From an uncultured Actinomycetes bacterium (GTDB taxonomy: Bacteria > Actinomycetota > Coriobacteriia > Anaerosomatales > PHET01): a stretch of 64,000 nucleotides of DNA. The stretch covers positions 9,194-73,193 of the forward strand of contig CAVYQS010000015.1 of the NCBI GenBank assembly GCA_963770765.1. Direction: 5' to 3'. This document shows, in pieces, positions 38,485-47,958 of the stretch (positions within the stretch are counted from its first letter, which is position 1; each line of letters opens with the position of its first letter). Under the pieces are notes generated by a model. It was given only the letters and a program-made list of their open reading frames with translations. It did no database searches and was not told the DNA's origin. The translations under genes and the position numbers were made by a program.

Positions 38485-40548
38485 CTACTGCCACAGAGTC
38501 CGCACGCTGTCGCGGATGGCGGTCGTCGACGTCCTTCCGAGGGGCTCCTCGGCTGGTGGCATGGCCGGAAACGCATGCTCTTGAACGAAGTGGGGGAGCA
38601 CGTCGTCGCTGATGAACCGGGTGCGTTGCGAGTAGCCGTGGACGTCGGTCATCGGCCGACCTGCGATGTAGTACCGCAGCGGATGACTCACGTAGAGGTG
38701 GTTGCGGGCTCGGGAGCACGCCACGTAGAAGAGACGGCGTTCCTCTTCGATCTCCTCGGGCGAGCCGGTCGCCATGTCGCTCGGTATGTTGCCGTCCGCG
38801 GCGTGGATCACGTAGACCGCATCGAACTCCAGCCCCTTGGCCGAGTGGATCGTCGACAGCACGAGCCAATCCTCGTCCAACACCGGAGGCCCGGCCACGT
38901 CACTGGTATAGGCGGGCGGGTCCAAGACGAGTTCTGCCAGCAGGTCCGATCGGCGTTCGCACCCGCCCGCTATGACCTCGATCTGTTCGATGTCGGCGAG
39001 ACGTGCCGCGGTGTTGTCGTAGCGCTGCTCGAGGAGCGGCGCGTACACGGTGCGGACAGCGTGGACCTGTGCCGGTACGGCGCCTTCGGCCCCGGCGAGG
39101 CCGCGTAGCAGCGAGACGACGGCGGGCCACGTCGGTTCAGCGGCGGGTGGCACGTCGGCGCCCACCCACGCCTCGAAGTCCCCTCCGGTCTCGGCAAGCC
39201 GATTCGCGAGCTGCGACGCTGTCCGCGGTCCGATCCCGGGGACGAGCCCCGCGACCCTCAGCGCGGCCATGGTGTCGAGGGGGTTCTCGGCGAGCCTCAG
39301 AAAGGCGATGAGGTCCTTGATGTGGGCCATCTCCACAAAGCGGAGCCCGCCGTACTTTCGAAAGGGGATGTGCCGCCGTGACAGCTCCATCTCGAGTGCG
39401 AGGGAGTGGTGCTGGGCTCGGAACAGCACGCACTGCTCGCGGAGCGCCACGCCCTGCTCGCGGTGGTCGAGTATGCGGTCTGCCAGCCACGCGGTCTGCT
39501 CGGCTTCGTCTCGGCAGGTGAGAAGCACGGGGCGCCCGCCACCCTCGCGGCTGGTCCATAGATCCTTGTCGTAGCGCTCGGAGCTCTCGGCGATGACGGC
39601 ATTCGTCGCGCTCAGGAGGGGCGCTGTCGAGCGGTAGTTCCGTGTGAGCGTCTGTACCTGTGCGCCGGGGAAGCGCACGCCGAAGTCGAGCATGTTGCGC
39701 ACGGTGCCCGAGCGGAAGCCGTAGATCGCCTGTGCGTCGTCTCCCACGCACGTCACTCCGGTGCCGTCAGGTCGCAGCAGCGAGACGATGTCGGCCTGCA
39801 GGGCGTTCGTGTCTTGGAACTCGTCGACGATCACGTGGTCGAAGCGTTCGCGCACGCGATCTCCCGCCCGAGGATCGGCGAGCAACGCGCGCCAGAATAG
39901 CATCAGGTCGTCGTAGTCGAGCACGCTTTGCGCTTCCTTGGCGTCGGTGTAGGCGGCGAACAGCGCACCGAGCTCCTTCTCGGCGTGCTTGCACCAAGGG
40001 AAGTGGGCGGGGAGGACCTCCTTCAGGGGGGCCTGTGCGTTGACGCAGCGCGAGTAGATGTCGAGGCATGTGGACTTCTGGGGGAACCGGCTCTTTCCGT
40101 TCGCCAACCCCAGGTCCGTACGGCAAAGGTGCATCAGGTCCTCGGAGTCGGCGCGGTCGAGGATGGTGAAGTCGGGCTCCATACCCAGGTCACGCGCGTG
40201 AATCCTCAGCAAGCGGGCGCCCATCGCATGGAACGTCCCGCCCCAGACGCGCGAGCCGCTCCTGCCGGCGGCGGTGGTCGCATCGAGCAGGCGGTCGGCA
40301 CGGGACGTCATCGCGCCGGCGGCCCGGCGTGTGAAGGTGAGCAGCATGATGCGCCCGGGGTCGGTGCCGTTGGCGATCAGCCACGCAACGCGGTGCGCGA
40401 GTGTCGTCGTCTTTCCCGTTCCCGCGCCGGCGACCACCAGCAGCGCGGGGCCCTCGTGGCGCACCGCCGCGAGCTGCTCGTCGTTGAGCCTGCCCAAGAG
40501 CTCCTGCAAGGCCGACTCCGGTGGTGCCGATGCGCTGCGACCCGCCAT
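38485..40548 (-). CDS. UvrD/PcrA/Rep-family ATP-dependent DNA helicase
   Basis: Walker A AGAGTGKTTTL. DEFQDTN, TRNYRS, VLSTIHSAKGLEFD and CSRAR motifs. 687 aa. Confidence 0.9.
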   Translation of the reverse strand: MAGRSASAPPESALQELLGRLNDEQLAAVRHEGPALLVVAGAGTGKTTTLAHRVAWLIANGTDPGRIMLLTFTRRAAGAMTSRADRLLDATTAAGRSGSRVWGGTFHAMGARLLRIHARDLGMEPDFTILDRADSEDLMHLCRTDLGLANGKSRFPQKSTCLDIYSRCVNAQAPLKEVLPAHFPWCKHAEKELGALFAAYTDAKEAQSVLDYDDLMLFWRALLADPRAGDRVRERFDHVIVDEFQDTNALQADIVSLLRPDGTGVTCVGDDAQAIYGFRSGTVRNMLDFGVRFPGAQVQTLTRNYRSTAPLLSATNAVIAESSERYDKDLWTSREGGGRPVLLTCRDEAEQTAWLADRILDHREQGVALREQCVLFRAQHHSLALEMELSRRHIPFRKYGGLRFVEMAHIKDLIAFLRLAENPLDTMAALRVAGLVPGIGPRTASQLANRLAETGGDFEAWVGADVPPAAEPTWPAVVSLLRGLAGAEGAVPAQVHAVRTVYAPLLEQRYDNTAARLADIEQIEVIAGGCERRSDLLAELVLDPPAYTSDVAGPPVLDEDWLVLSTIHSAKGLEFDAVYVIHAADGNIPSDMATGSPEEIEEERRLFYVACSRARNHLYVSHPLRYYIAGRPMTDVHGYSQRTRFISDDVLPHFVQEHAFPAMPPAEEPLGRTSTTAIRDSVRTLWQ

Positions 40549-40611
40549 GGGGCGAACTCCTGTTCGATCTCCTCGGTCGTGCCGGAGCGTAGCACGCCTG
40601 CTCCACTCGTG

Positions 40612-40626
40612 TCGAACATACGTTCG
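40612..40626. promoter_or_regulatory. LexA/SOS box candidate TCGAACATACGTTCG
   Basis: Matches the actinobacterial / Gram-positive TCGAAC-N4-GTTCGA consensus at 11 of 12 arm positions. Lies 64-78 nt upstream of the helicase start. Confidence 0.6.
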
Positions 40627-40700
40627 CTGATTCGAGAGTCACTGCTGGTGGGATAATGCGTCCAGGTGCTACTACACCCGTCACAGAGGGAGAGGGCCGG

Positions 40701-42077
40701 ATGCCGACGATCCGATGGTCGTTTCGTTCGATGGTCGCGAGCTGCACATCGCTCGCCGCCTTGGTGGTGTTGGTCTCCATGCCGGCGACGGCGCTGGCGA
40801 GTGAGGCCGCTCGTCCCCTCGAGACGACCGCCTCGGTCTCCGCGCTCGCGAGCGAAACGGTCGCTGTGGCGGAGATGACGCCGGCCGCCATCGCATGGAA
40901 GTACATCCCGGACGATCATCCCTGGCTGCGGTGGGGCGGCGCGTGGAGCTGGGAGTCGGGGCAGAACTCCCGGGTCTCACGAAGTCCGGGCGCCTGGGTA
41001 TCGGCCACCTTCTCGGGCACCGCGGCATCGCTCGTCTCAGGCGTCGGCCCCGACAGGGGGCGCGTGCGAGTCTATGTCGACGGGGTCAGTGCGGGCGAAG
41101 TCAGCCTGTACGCGACATCGACCGCGAGCGGAGTGCCGGTCTGGCAGGCGTCCGGCATGAAGAACCGCACGCACACGGTCAAGGTGGTCGTTCTCGGAAC
41201 GAAGGACGCTGCAAGCGCCGGAAGCCGGGTGGATGTCGACACCTTCGGATTCGTCGGGAAGCCGGTCTCGCCCGGCCCGTATCCGGGCAAGCGCGTGCAG
41301 AACGGCGACCCGAGGCTCTACCGTAAGGGCTCATGGTCGACCATCAAGCGCAAGGCCGCGTTCGGGGACTCGGCGATGCGCACCACGCGCAAGGGCGCGT
41401 CGGTGGAGCTGCGCTTCAAGGGTACGAGCGTCACGTGGTTCGGGCGCAAGGACCCATCCGGCGGCGATGCCGAGGTGTGGCTCGATGGCAGGAAGGTCGG
41501 CACGGTGAGCCAGTACAGCCCCACGGCGGGCGAGCCCCGCGCCGTGTGGGCCGCCAGCGCACTCAAGAACAAGACGCACACCCTCACGATCAAGAGCCTG
41601 GGGGGCTCGCGCTCCGGTGGCGGTGCCGCGACAGAGGTCGACGCCTTCCAGGTGGGCGGTTCGGCCGTGTACGCGCCACGCCCCACCCCGTTCAAGTATC
41701 CGTGGCGGACCTATATCGTCATCGACAAGTCGAGCTACAAGCTCTACTGGGTCAAGGACAAGGTTCTCGTCAAGGTCTATCCGATCGCACATGGCAAGTC
41801 GGGCTGGGCCACGCCTGAGCGCGTCTGGCGCATCGATGCGAAGTACCACACGTCACCGGGTAGCGTGTACGGCCCTCGCAAGATGCGGATGTTCAAGCGG
41901 GTCGCCACGTCACGCGGGAACCGCTACGTCTTCACCGCCTACGCGATCCACGGCACCAATCAGGAATGGGTGATCGGCACCCGGGCCTCTCACGGCTGTA
42001 TCCGCATGTACAACAAGGACGTCCGTGAGCTGTTCCCGCAGGTTCCCAAAGGCACGATGGTCGTGACGCGAAACTGA
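40701..42077 (+). CDS. Secreted L,D-transpeptidase (YkuD domain) with two N-terminal repeat domains
   Basis: Signal peptide SLAALVVLVSMPATALA. C-terminal YkuD motif IHGT..SHGCIRM. Two similar about 120-aa modules (..GRVRVYVDGVSAGEVSLY..THTVKVVVLG and ..GDAEVWLDGRKVGTVSQY..THTLTIKSLG). GGGAGAGGG RBS. Confidence 0.8.
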   Translation: MPTIRWSFRSMVASCTSLAALVVLVSMPATALASEAARPLETTASVSALASETVAVAEMTPAAIAWKYIPDDHPWLRWGGAWSWESGQNSRVSRSPGAWVSATFSGTAASLVSGVGPDRGRVRVYVDGVSAGEVSLYATSTASGVPVWQASGMKNRTHTVKVVVLGTKDAASAGSRVDVDTFGFVGKPVSPGPYPGKRVQNGDPRLYRKGSWSTIKRKAAFGDSAMRTTRKGASVELRFKGTSVTWFGRKDPSGGDAEVWLDGRKVGTVSQYSPTAGEPRAVWAASALKNKTHTLTIKSLGGSRSGGGAATEVDAFQVGGSAVYAPRPTPFKYPWRTYIVIDKSSYKLYWVKDKVLVKVYPIAHGKSGWATPERVWRIDAKYHTSPGSVYGPRKMRMFKRVATSRGNRYVFTAYAIHGTNQEWVIGTRASHGCIRMYNKDVRELFPQVPKGTMVVTRN

Positions 42078-42124
42078 GCGCGAAGCCCTACACCCCGCGG
42101 AGGGTCACCTCCGCCTACGTCGCG

Positions 42125-43376
42125 ATGAGCGCGCTGTTCACGCTCGCCGCGTCACTCATCTGGGCGATCAACACGATCTTCCTCATCCGCGTGGGCGGGT
42201 TGAGCCTCTTCGAGGTCATGCTCGTCAACGCCATCTTCACGGCGGGCGCAGATGTTCTTCGAGGTGCCGACCGGCGTGGTCGCAGACACCATAGGTCGCA
42301 GAGCCTCGATCCTCCTGTCGCTGGCGACACTGGTGGTGTCGACGCTGCTCTACGTCATCACGCCCACGATGGGTTGGGGCTTCTGGGGCTTCGCGGTCTC
42401 GAGCGTGATACTCGGTCTCGGCTACACGTTCCAGACAGGAGCCGTCGACGCGTGGCTCGTCGACGCTCTCGACGCCACCGGTTTCGACAAGCCCAAGGAG
42501 CGCGTCTTCGCCAAAGGCCAGATCGCCGGAGGCGTCGGGATGCTCGTGGGTTCTCTCATGGGCGGGCTTCTCGGCCAGGTAGGACTTGCGATCCCGTACG
42601 TCGTTCGCGCGGCGCTCATCGCGGTGTGTTTCGTCGTCGTCGTGGTGATGGTGCGCGACGAGGGGTTCGAGCCGCGGCCGCTCGGGTCTCGAATTTCGCG
42701 GTCGAGACGCGCAAGATCTTCGACGCCGGGGTTCGCTTCGGCTGGCGCAGCCCGGTGGTGCGTCCGCTGTTCTGGGTGTCGGCGCTCAGCGGCGTCTTCT
42801 TCTTCTACGGCTTCTACGCGTGGCAGCCCTATGTGCTCGAGGTTGCTCGGGGAGCCCAACGCGGTGTGGCTGCTCGGCGTCGTGCAGGCGGCCTTCTCGG
42901 CGGTGGGGATCGTCGGCAACGCCCTGGTCGGCCGGTTCATGGGCGAGGGGGAGTCCCGTCGCGATCCCGCCAAGGTGCTCGAGTGGAGCATGTGGACCAA
43001 TTCGTTGCTGGTGTTCGGCATCGCGGCCGTGGGGCTTCTCGCGCTGGCCCCCGGATGGATTCCCGCCGCCATGGCGATCGTGCTGTGGATGGGCTTCGGC
43101 GTCGTCTTCGGGGTCAGCATCCCGGTGAGGATGGGCTACATCAACGACCACATCCCATCGTCTCAGCGCGCGACGGTGCTCTCGCTCGACGCGTTTTTCG
43201 GCGACGCGGGAGCGGCCGCGGGACAGCCCGCGTTGGGATGGGTCTCCGACGCGATGTCGATTCCGGTCGCGTGGGCCATCGGCGGCGTGTTCATGGCGGC
43301 GTCGGCCCCGCTGTACCGACTCTCCGGCAAGGCGGCGCGAGCGGCTGCGAGGCAGGCTGGGCCGAGCGAAGAGTGA
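42125..43376 (+). pseudogene. MFS transporter with three frame breaks (about 42248, 42685, 42842)
   Basis: The sequence alternates between ORF 42125..43483 and ORF 42252..43376: ..VNAIFTAG | QMFFEVPTGVVADTIGRR.. | VSNFAVETRKIFDAGVRFGW..YAWQPYVLE | LLGEPNAVWLLGVVQ... The hydrophobic MFS pattern is continuous only when the frames are spliced. Confidence 0.75.
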
Positions 43377-43429
43377 GCAGCCCGAGGGCTCGATCGCTCT
43401 CGAAGCGGCCAGCCGGCGATCGTGAGAGC

Positions 43430-43515
43430 TGGTGCCCGGGGTGGGATTCGAACCCACACGAGGTTTCCCCCAGAGGTTTTTGAGACCTCCGTGTCTGCCA
43501 TTCCACCACCCGGGC
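43430..43515 (-). tRNA. tRNA-Leu (anticodon CAA), CCA encoded
   Basis: Reverse strand folds as follows. Acceptor GCCCGGG/CCCGGGC. D stem GUG/CAC. Anticodon stem GAGGU/ACCUC with loop CUCAAAA. Long variable arm. T arm GUGGG-UUCGAAU-CCCAC. Discriminator A plus CCA. 86 nt. Confidence 0.93.
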
Positions 43516-43589
43516 ACTCACACGCGCGCCGTCGAGTATACCGTGGCTGCGGGAGCAGACAAGACGCCGCGCTCCCCTATACTGCAGGT

Positions 43590-45008
43590 ATGGTCGCTGA
43601 ACTCCCTCACACAGGGCTCACGGACGAGGCTCGGACGCACCTCGGCAACGTCGCCGAGAACCTCCAGCTCATCGCCGACATGGCGTACGGAGACGTCGCG
43701 CTCGCGTACGCGCGCACCGATGGCACGCTCGAGGTGATCGCCGATGCGCGGCCCAACACGGCGCTTGCGCCCATCGCTGCGACGCGGGTGGGTACGGAAC
43801 TCGACGCCGCAGACGAGGTCGAGGCGTACGCCGCGCTGGCTTCCGGGCAGCCGGTCCAAGGCGAGGCCCGACGGGTGGCTCGCGGCATCAAGTACACGAC
43901 CACCGCCTATCCCCTCGAAGCGCCGGGCGCACCCGCGGTGATCGTCAAGGACCTTGCGGAGCAGGTGACGGCGGCACGAGGGTCCATGGAGACCGCTTTC
44001 ATGGATGCCGCCGAGGAGCTGCTCGACTCGCTGCGCCGAGCCCCGGTACTCGATGTCCGCGACGCTCAGCCGTTCTCGACGACGCGCCGCGCCGGTGACG
44101 GCGTGATGCGCGTGGGATCGACGGGCCAGATATCGTATGCCTCGCCCAACGCGGTCAACATCATGCGTCTTGCCGGTGTCGAAGGTGCCCTCACCGGCAT
44201 GCAGGCCTCGGCTCTGCCCGGAGGTGGCTTCGGCGTCGCGCCGGTGCTGGGCACCCGCGGCGCCGTCCGTGTCGAGACCGACGTCGCCGACCGCGTCTTG
44301 GGCTACCGGTCCATAGCGCTCGCGGCGGGCGCCCTCGTGCTCGTCGAGGACCTGACCGACGCCAAGCGCCGCGACGCCGAGATCAAGGTCAAAGAAGCCA
44401 CCATCCGAGAAGTGCACCACCGGGTGAAGAACAACCTGCAGACGATCGCGAGCCTCCTGCGCATCCAGGCGCGGCGAACCGACAGCGCCGAGGCCCGGCA
44501 TGCCTTGGCCGAGGCGACCGAGCGCGTGGCCTCGATGGCCGTCGTGCACGACCTGCTCGCCGGAAGCGACGAAGAGCTCGTCGACTTCGCCGAGGCGACG
44601 CGTACCGTGGTGGCGCTGGTGAGCCGAGGGCTGCTCGGAGAGCAGGCTGATGTGGCCGTGAACGTGAGCGGCAGTACGGGGAAGGTCGAGGCTCCCGTGG
44701 CGACCGCGTTGGCGCTGGCGGTGGCTGAACTCGTACACAACGCGATCGAGCACGGGATCGCCGGCCGCGACTCCGGTACGGTCGACGTCACGATGCGGCG
44801 CGTGCCCGGCGAACTGGTGCTCACGGTGCGCGACGACGGCGCCGGGCTGCCCGCCGGCTTCGACCCCGAAGGTTCGTCCAACCTGGGTCTTGAGATCGTG
44901 CGCACCGTCGTCGAGAAGGACCTGCGCGGCACCTTGGGTTTCTCGGTGGCCCGGGGTACCACCGTCACCGTGCGCGTGCCGGTTCCCGATGAGACTCCCG
45001 ATAGCTGA
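43590..45008 (+). CDS. pdtaS: PdtaS-type sensor histidine kinase (GAF/PAS N-terminus, HisKA_2-type H-box)
   Basis: H-box EVHHRVKNNLQTIASLL. N-box ELVHNAIEHG. DDGAGLP and GLEIV motifs. No TM segments. Followed by the ANTAR regulator. Confidence 0.8.
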   Translation: MVAELPHTGLTDEARTHLGNVAENLQLIADMAYGDVALAYARTDGTLEVIADARPNTALAPIAATRVGTELDAADEVEAYAALASGQPVQGEARRVARGIKYTTTAYPLEAPGAPAVIVKDLAEQVTAARGSMETAFMDAAEELLDSLRRAPVLDVRDAQPFSTTRRAGDGVMRVGSTGQISYASPNAVNIMRLAGVEGALTGMQASALPGGGFGVAPVLGTRGAVRVETDVADRVLGYRSIALAAGALVLVEDLTDAKRRDAEIKVKEATIREVHHRVKNNLQTIASLLRIQARRTDSAEARHALAEATERVASMAVVHDLLAGSDEELVDFAEATRTVVALVSRGLLGEQADVAVNVSGSTGKVEAPVATALALAVAELVHNAIEHGIAGRDSGTVDVTMRRVPGELVLTVRDDGAGLPAGFDPEGSSNLGLEIVRTVVEKDLRGTLGFSVARGTTVTVRVPVPDETPDS

Positions 45009-45024
45009 GAGCGGAAGAGGCCCC

Positions 45025-45600
45025 ATGCGCGTGCTGATCGCAGAAGACGAAGCCCTGATCCGGATGGATCTCAAGGAGATGCTCGAGGAGGAGGGCCACG
45101 AGGTCGTGGGCGAGGCACGCGATGGGGCCGAGGCGATCGAGCTCGCCCGCGAGCTACGCCCGGATGTGGTGTTCATGGACATCAACATGCCGGGTGTCGA
45201 CGGCATCGAGGCGGCTCGCACCGTGGGCGAGGAGCACCTCGCGCCCGTGGTGATGGTCACGGCGTTCTCGCAGGCCGGCTACGTGGAGCAGGCGAGCCAG
45301 GCCGGCGCGATGGCCTATGTGGTCAAGCCGTTCTCGCGAGCCGACGTCCTGCCGGCGATGCAGGTCGCCGTGTCCCGGTACGCCGAGACGAGCGCCCTGG
45401 CCAGCGAGGTGGCCGACCTCACAGAGCGGCTCGAGACGCGCAAGGTGCTCGATCGGGCGAAGGGGATCCTCATGGGCCGGGGGATGAGCGAGCCCGAGGC
45501 GTTCAAGCGGCTGCAGAAGCTGGCCATGGACAAGCGCAAACCACTCAGGGAGATCGCCGAAGCGGTCATCCTTGCGAGCGAAGCCGAAGAGCAGGCATGA
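45025..45600 (+). CDS. pdtaR: PdtaR-type response regulator with ANTAR RNA-binding output domain
   Basis: RVLIAEDEALIRMDL..DVVFMDINMPG..AMAYVVKPF receiver. ANTAR block LETRKVLDRAKGILM...SEPEAF..LQKLAMDKR. Confidence 0.88.
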   Translation: MRVLIAEDEALIRMDLKEMLEEEGHEVVGEARDGAEAIELARELRPDVVFMDINMPGVDGIEAARTVGEEHLAPVVMVTAFSQAGYVEQASQAGAMAYVVKPFSRADVLPAMQVAVSRYAETSALASEVADLTERLETRKVLDRAKGILMGRGMSEPEAFKRLQKLAMDKRKPLREIAEAVILASEAEEQA

Positions 45601-45681
45601 CCTAGAGGGTTGAGGGCAGAGGGGTTCATGGGCTAGAGTACTGAGGCAAGAGAACTCTCTTGACCTTGATTGAGGTGGCCC

Positions 45682-46134
45682 ATGGACTCTACCGACCTCG
45701 AGATACTCGACTCACTGGTCTTCGACGGGCGGATGACGTTCTCCGATCTTGCCGAGCGCATCGGGCTGTCCGGACCTTCGACCGCAGAGCGGGTGCGTAG
45801 GCTCGAGGCGACCGGCGTCATCAGCTCGTACACTGCCGTGCTCGACCCGGAGGCCGTGAGTGCCGAGCTCGCCGCGTTCGTCTCGGTCGCCTTGGAGGCG
45901 CCCACCGCCCGCGCCGCCTTTCTCGCTGCGGTAGCAGACGAGCCGTCCGTTCTCGAGGTGCATCACGTCGCGGGCGATGGTGACTACCTACTCAAGGTCC
46001 GCTGCGCGGGAACGCGCGACCTCGAGCGCATCGTGACCGAGCGCATCAAGGGCGTGCCCGGGGTCGCTCGCACCAGCACGACCGTCGTGCTCTCGACGCT
46101 GTTCGAGCGACCGGTGGGGGCGCCGCTCCGGTGA
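45682..46134 (+). CDS. Lrp/AsnC family transcriptional regulator
   Basis: HTH DLEILD.L..DGRMTFSDLAERIGLSGPSTAERVRRLE, plus an AsnC-type C-terminal domain. GAGGTGG RBS. Confidence 0.85.
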   Translation: MDSTDLEILDSLVFDGRMTFSDLAERIGLSGPSTAERVRRLEATGVISSYTAVLDPEAVSAELAAFVSVALEAPTARAAFLAAVADEPSVLEVHHVAGDGDYLLKVRCAGTRDLERIVTERIKGVPGVARTSTTVVLSTLFERPVGAPLR

Positions 46135-46752
46135 CCGGACTGCCGCTGTTCGCCCGCACGTTCCTGCTCGGAGTCCTGGTAGCGGCTCCCGTGGGTGCGA
46201 TGGGAGTGCTCTGCGTGCAGCGCACGCTGCAGCTCGGGTGGCGAGCCGGCTTCGCGACGGGGCTGGGTATCGCCACCGCCGACGCGATCTACGCGGGGTT
46301 CGCGGCGTTCGGGATCACGGCGGTCTCGTCGGTGTTCGTCGCATGGCAGGTCCCGCTCAGGCTGGTAGGCGGCGGGGTGCTGGTGTATCTGGGTGTGGCC
46401 TCGATGGTTCGCCGGTCACGAGATGCACCCTGTAACGCGGACGCCTCCGTTTCGCACGGCTCGCTATACGCGAGCTCGGTCGCTCTCACGCTCACCAACC
46501 CGCTGACGATCATGGCGTTTGGAGCCGTGTTCGCCGCTGCTGGGACTCACGGTGGCGCCTTCGGCTTCAACTGCCGCGCTGGCGACGCTTGGTGTCGGAG
46601 CCGGATCGCTTGCCTGGTGGGTCGCGCTGACCGGAGCAGTCCATGTGGCCCGACGCGGACTCGGGGGCGACGTGGTCGGCTGGGTCACGCGCCTCTCAGG
46701 GCTGTTCATCGCGGCCTTCGGAGTGATAGCCATCGTCTCGGTGGCGTTCTGA
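46131..46752 (+). pseudogene. LysE/RhtB family amino-acid exporter, frame broken at about 46536
   Basis: ORF 46131..46772 is hydrophobic LysE-like up to ..NPLTIMAFGAVFA. The TM pattern then continues in ORF 46519..46752 (LLGLTVAPSAS..GSLAWWVALTG..LFIAAFGVIAIV). Overlaps the Lrp stop. Confidence 0.7.
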
Positions 46753-46887
46753 CTGCCTCGTATGGCCCCTGATCGCCACGCCACTTGCCGAAGCAGCGCG
46801 TCAGATAGGTCTCAGTACGCCGCTTTGGTGGTACCTCACACCTGTGGGCGCTGTGGGGGCGCCTCTCAGAGGTGAGGAGGTTCGTCG

Positions 46888-47856
46888 ATGGGCCGGGAAG
46901 TCGAAGTCAGAGAGTCGGGCGAGGTGTCTGCGACACGGCGAGACGCGATCAAGACCGGACTGGCGGCGCTTGCGGCGATGGGGATCGGAGCGTTGGCCCC
47001 CGCGCAGGCGTTCGCTGCTACCGGGAACATGCAGTACGGAGCCAGCAACGACGCTGGTCCCGATGGAACGATCTTGACCTCGACGAACGGTATCGGGATC
47101 GTCCTTGCGCCGGGACCGACCGAGACCGGTTCGACGCTGACGCTGGTCAACACGCACGTCTCCAGCGGTTCGGGCATCTTCAGGACCCAAGGACACTGCC
47201 TCACGGCGAGCCAGAGCATTCCGGGAACCACGGCCATCATCCGCAACCAGGGCACCGGGACATCTTTGTACTCGAGTGCCGACTCGGGCGTGGCGATGTA
47301 CGCGACGAGCGGGTCGGGGCTCGGGGTGTTGGCGATCGGTGGTCTGGCGCCATTGCGCTTGGCGGCGTCTGGCAGTGCCGGAGCTCCCACAGTCGGCGCA
47401 CACTCGATGGGTGAGCTCTACGTCGACAGCGGGGGAGTGCTGTGGTTCTGCGTTGCAACGGGCACTCCCGGCACATGGCAGGCGGTCATCCACGGCGGCG
47501 CGAACAGCGCAGCAGTCCAGGTGGCCGGGTTTACAGCAGCCGGCGCGGCCAGCCTCAAGGAGGCCGTTACGGCCGACAAGACCGTCAAGGTCAAAGGCGA
47601 CGCCACCTTTGAGGGCAAGGCCATCTTCAAGCGATCGGGCCGCAAGCGTGTCTCTAAGGGCAAGTCCTCGGCAACGGTCACCGTACCGGGGGGTCTCTCG
47701 ACGTCGGCCAACATCCTGTGCACCCTGCAAGCGAGTGCGGGAAGTGGGGTCTACGTCCGCTACGCCAAGCGAACGAGCTCGACCACGTTCAAGATCTATC
47801 TGAACAAGCGAGCCACCACCAAGACGGCGAACGTCGCCTGGATGGTCATCTCTTAG
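46888..47856 (+). CDS. Tat-signal secreted protein of unknown function
   Basis: Twin-arginine motif TRRDAIKTGLAALAAMGIGALAPAQAFA. Gly/Ser/Thr-rich middle region. GELYVDSGGVLWFCVATGTPGTWQAV motif. Basic C-terminal beta-rich domain. Strong GGTGAGGAGG RBS. Confidence 0.7.
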   Translation: MGREVEVRESGEVSATRRDAIKTGLAALAAMGIGALAPAQAFAATGNMQYGASNDAGPDGTILTSTNGIGIVLAPGPTETGSTLTLVNTHVSSGSGIFRTQGHCLTASQSIPGTTAIIRNQGTGTSLYSSADSGVAMYATSGSGLGVLAIGGLAPLRLAASGSAGAPTVGAHSMGELYVDSGGVLWFCVATGTPGTWQAVIHGGANSAAVQVAGFTAAGAASLKEAVTADKTVKVKGDATFEGKAIFKRSGRKRVSKGKSSATVTVPGGLSTSANILCTLQASAGSGVYVRYAKRTSSTTFKIYLNKRATTKTANVAWMVIS

Positions 47857-47880
47857 GGGAATCGACACGCTGATTCGGGA

Positions 47881-47911
47881 GAAGGGGCCGCGCGTCACGC
47901 GCGGCCCCTTC
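47881..47911 (+). terminator. Perfect 14-bp hairpin after the Tat-protein gene
   Basis: GAAGGGGCCGCGCG-tca-CGCGCGGCCCCTTC. Confidence 0.7.
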
Positions 47912-47958
47912 GCGGTGCCCTCCGTGTTTCGCCCGTGTTTCCCTGCCCGGTCCAGCCG

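Noticed and set aside
46828-46842. GGTGGTACC, identical to the T-box core, upstream of the Tat-protein gene.
   Set aside because: There is no Stem I, specifier loop or terminator around it, and only about 45 nt remain to the start codon. A chance match.
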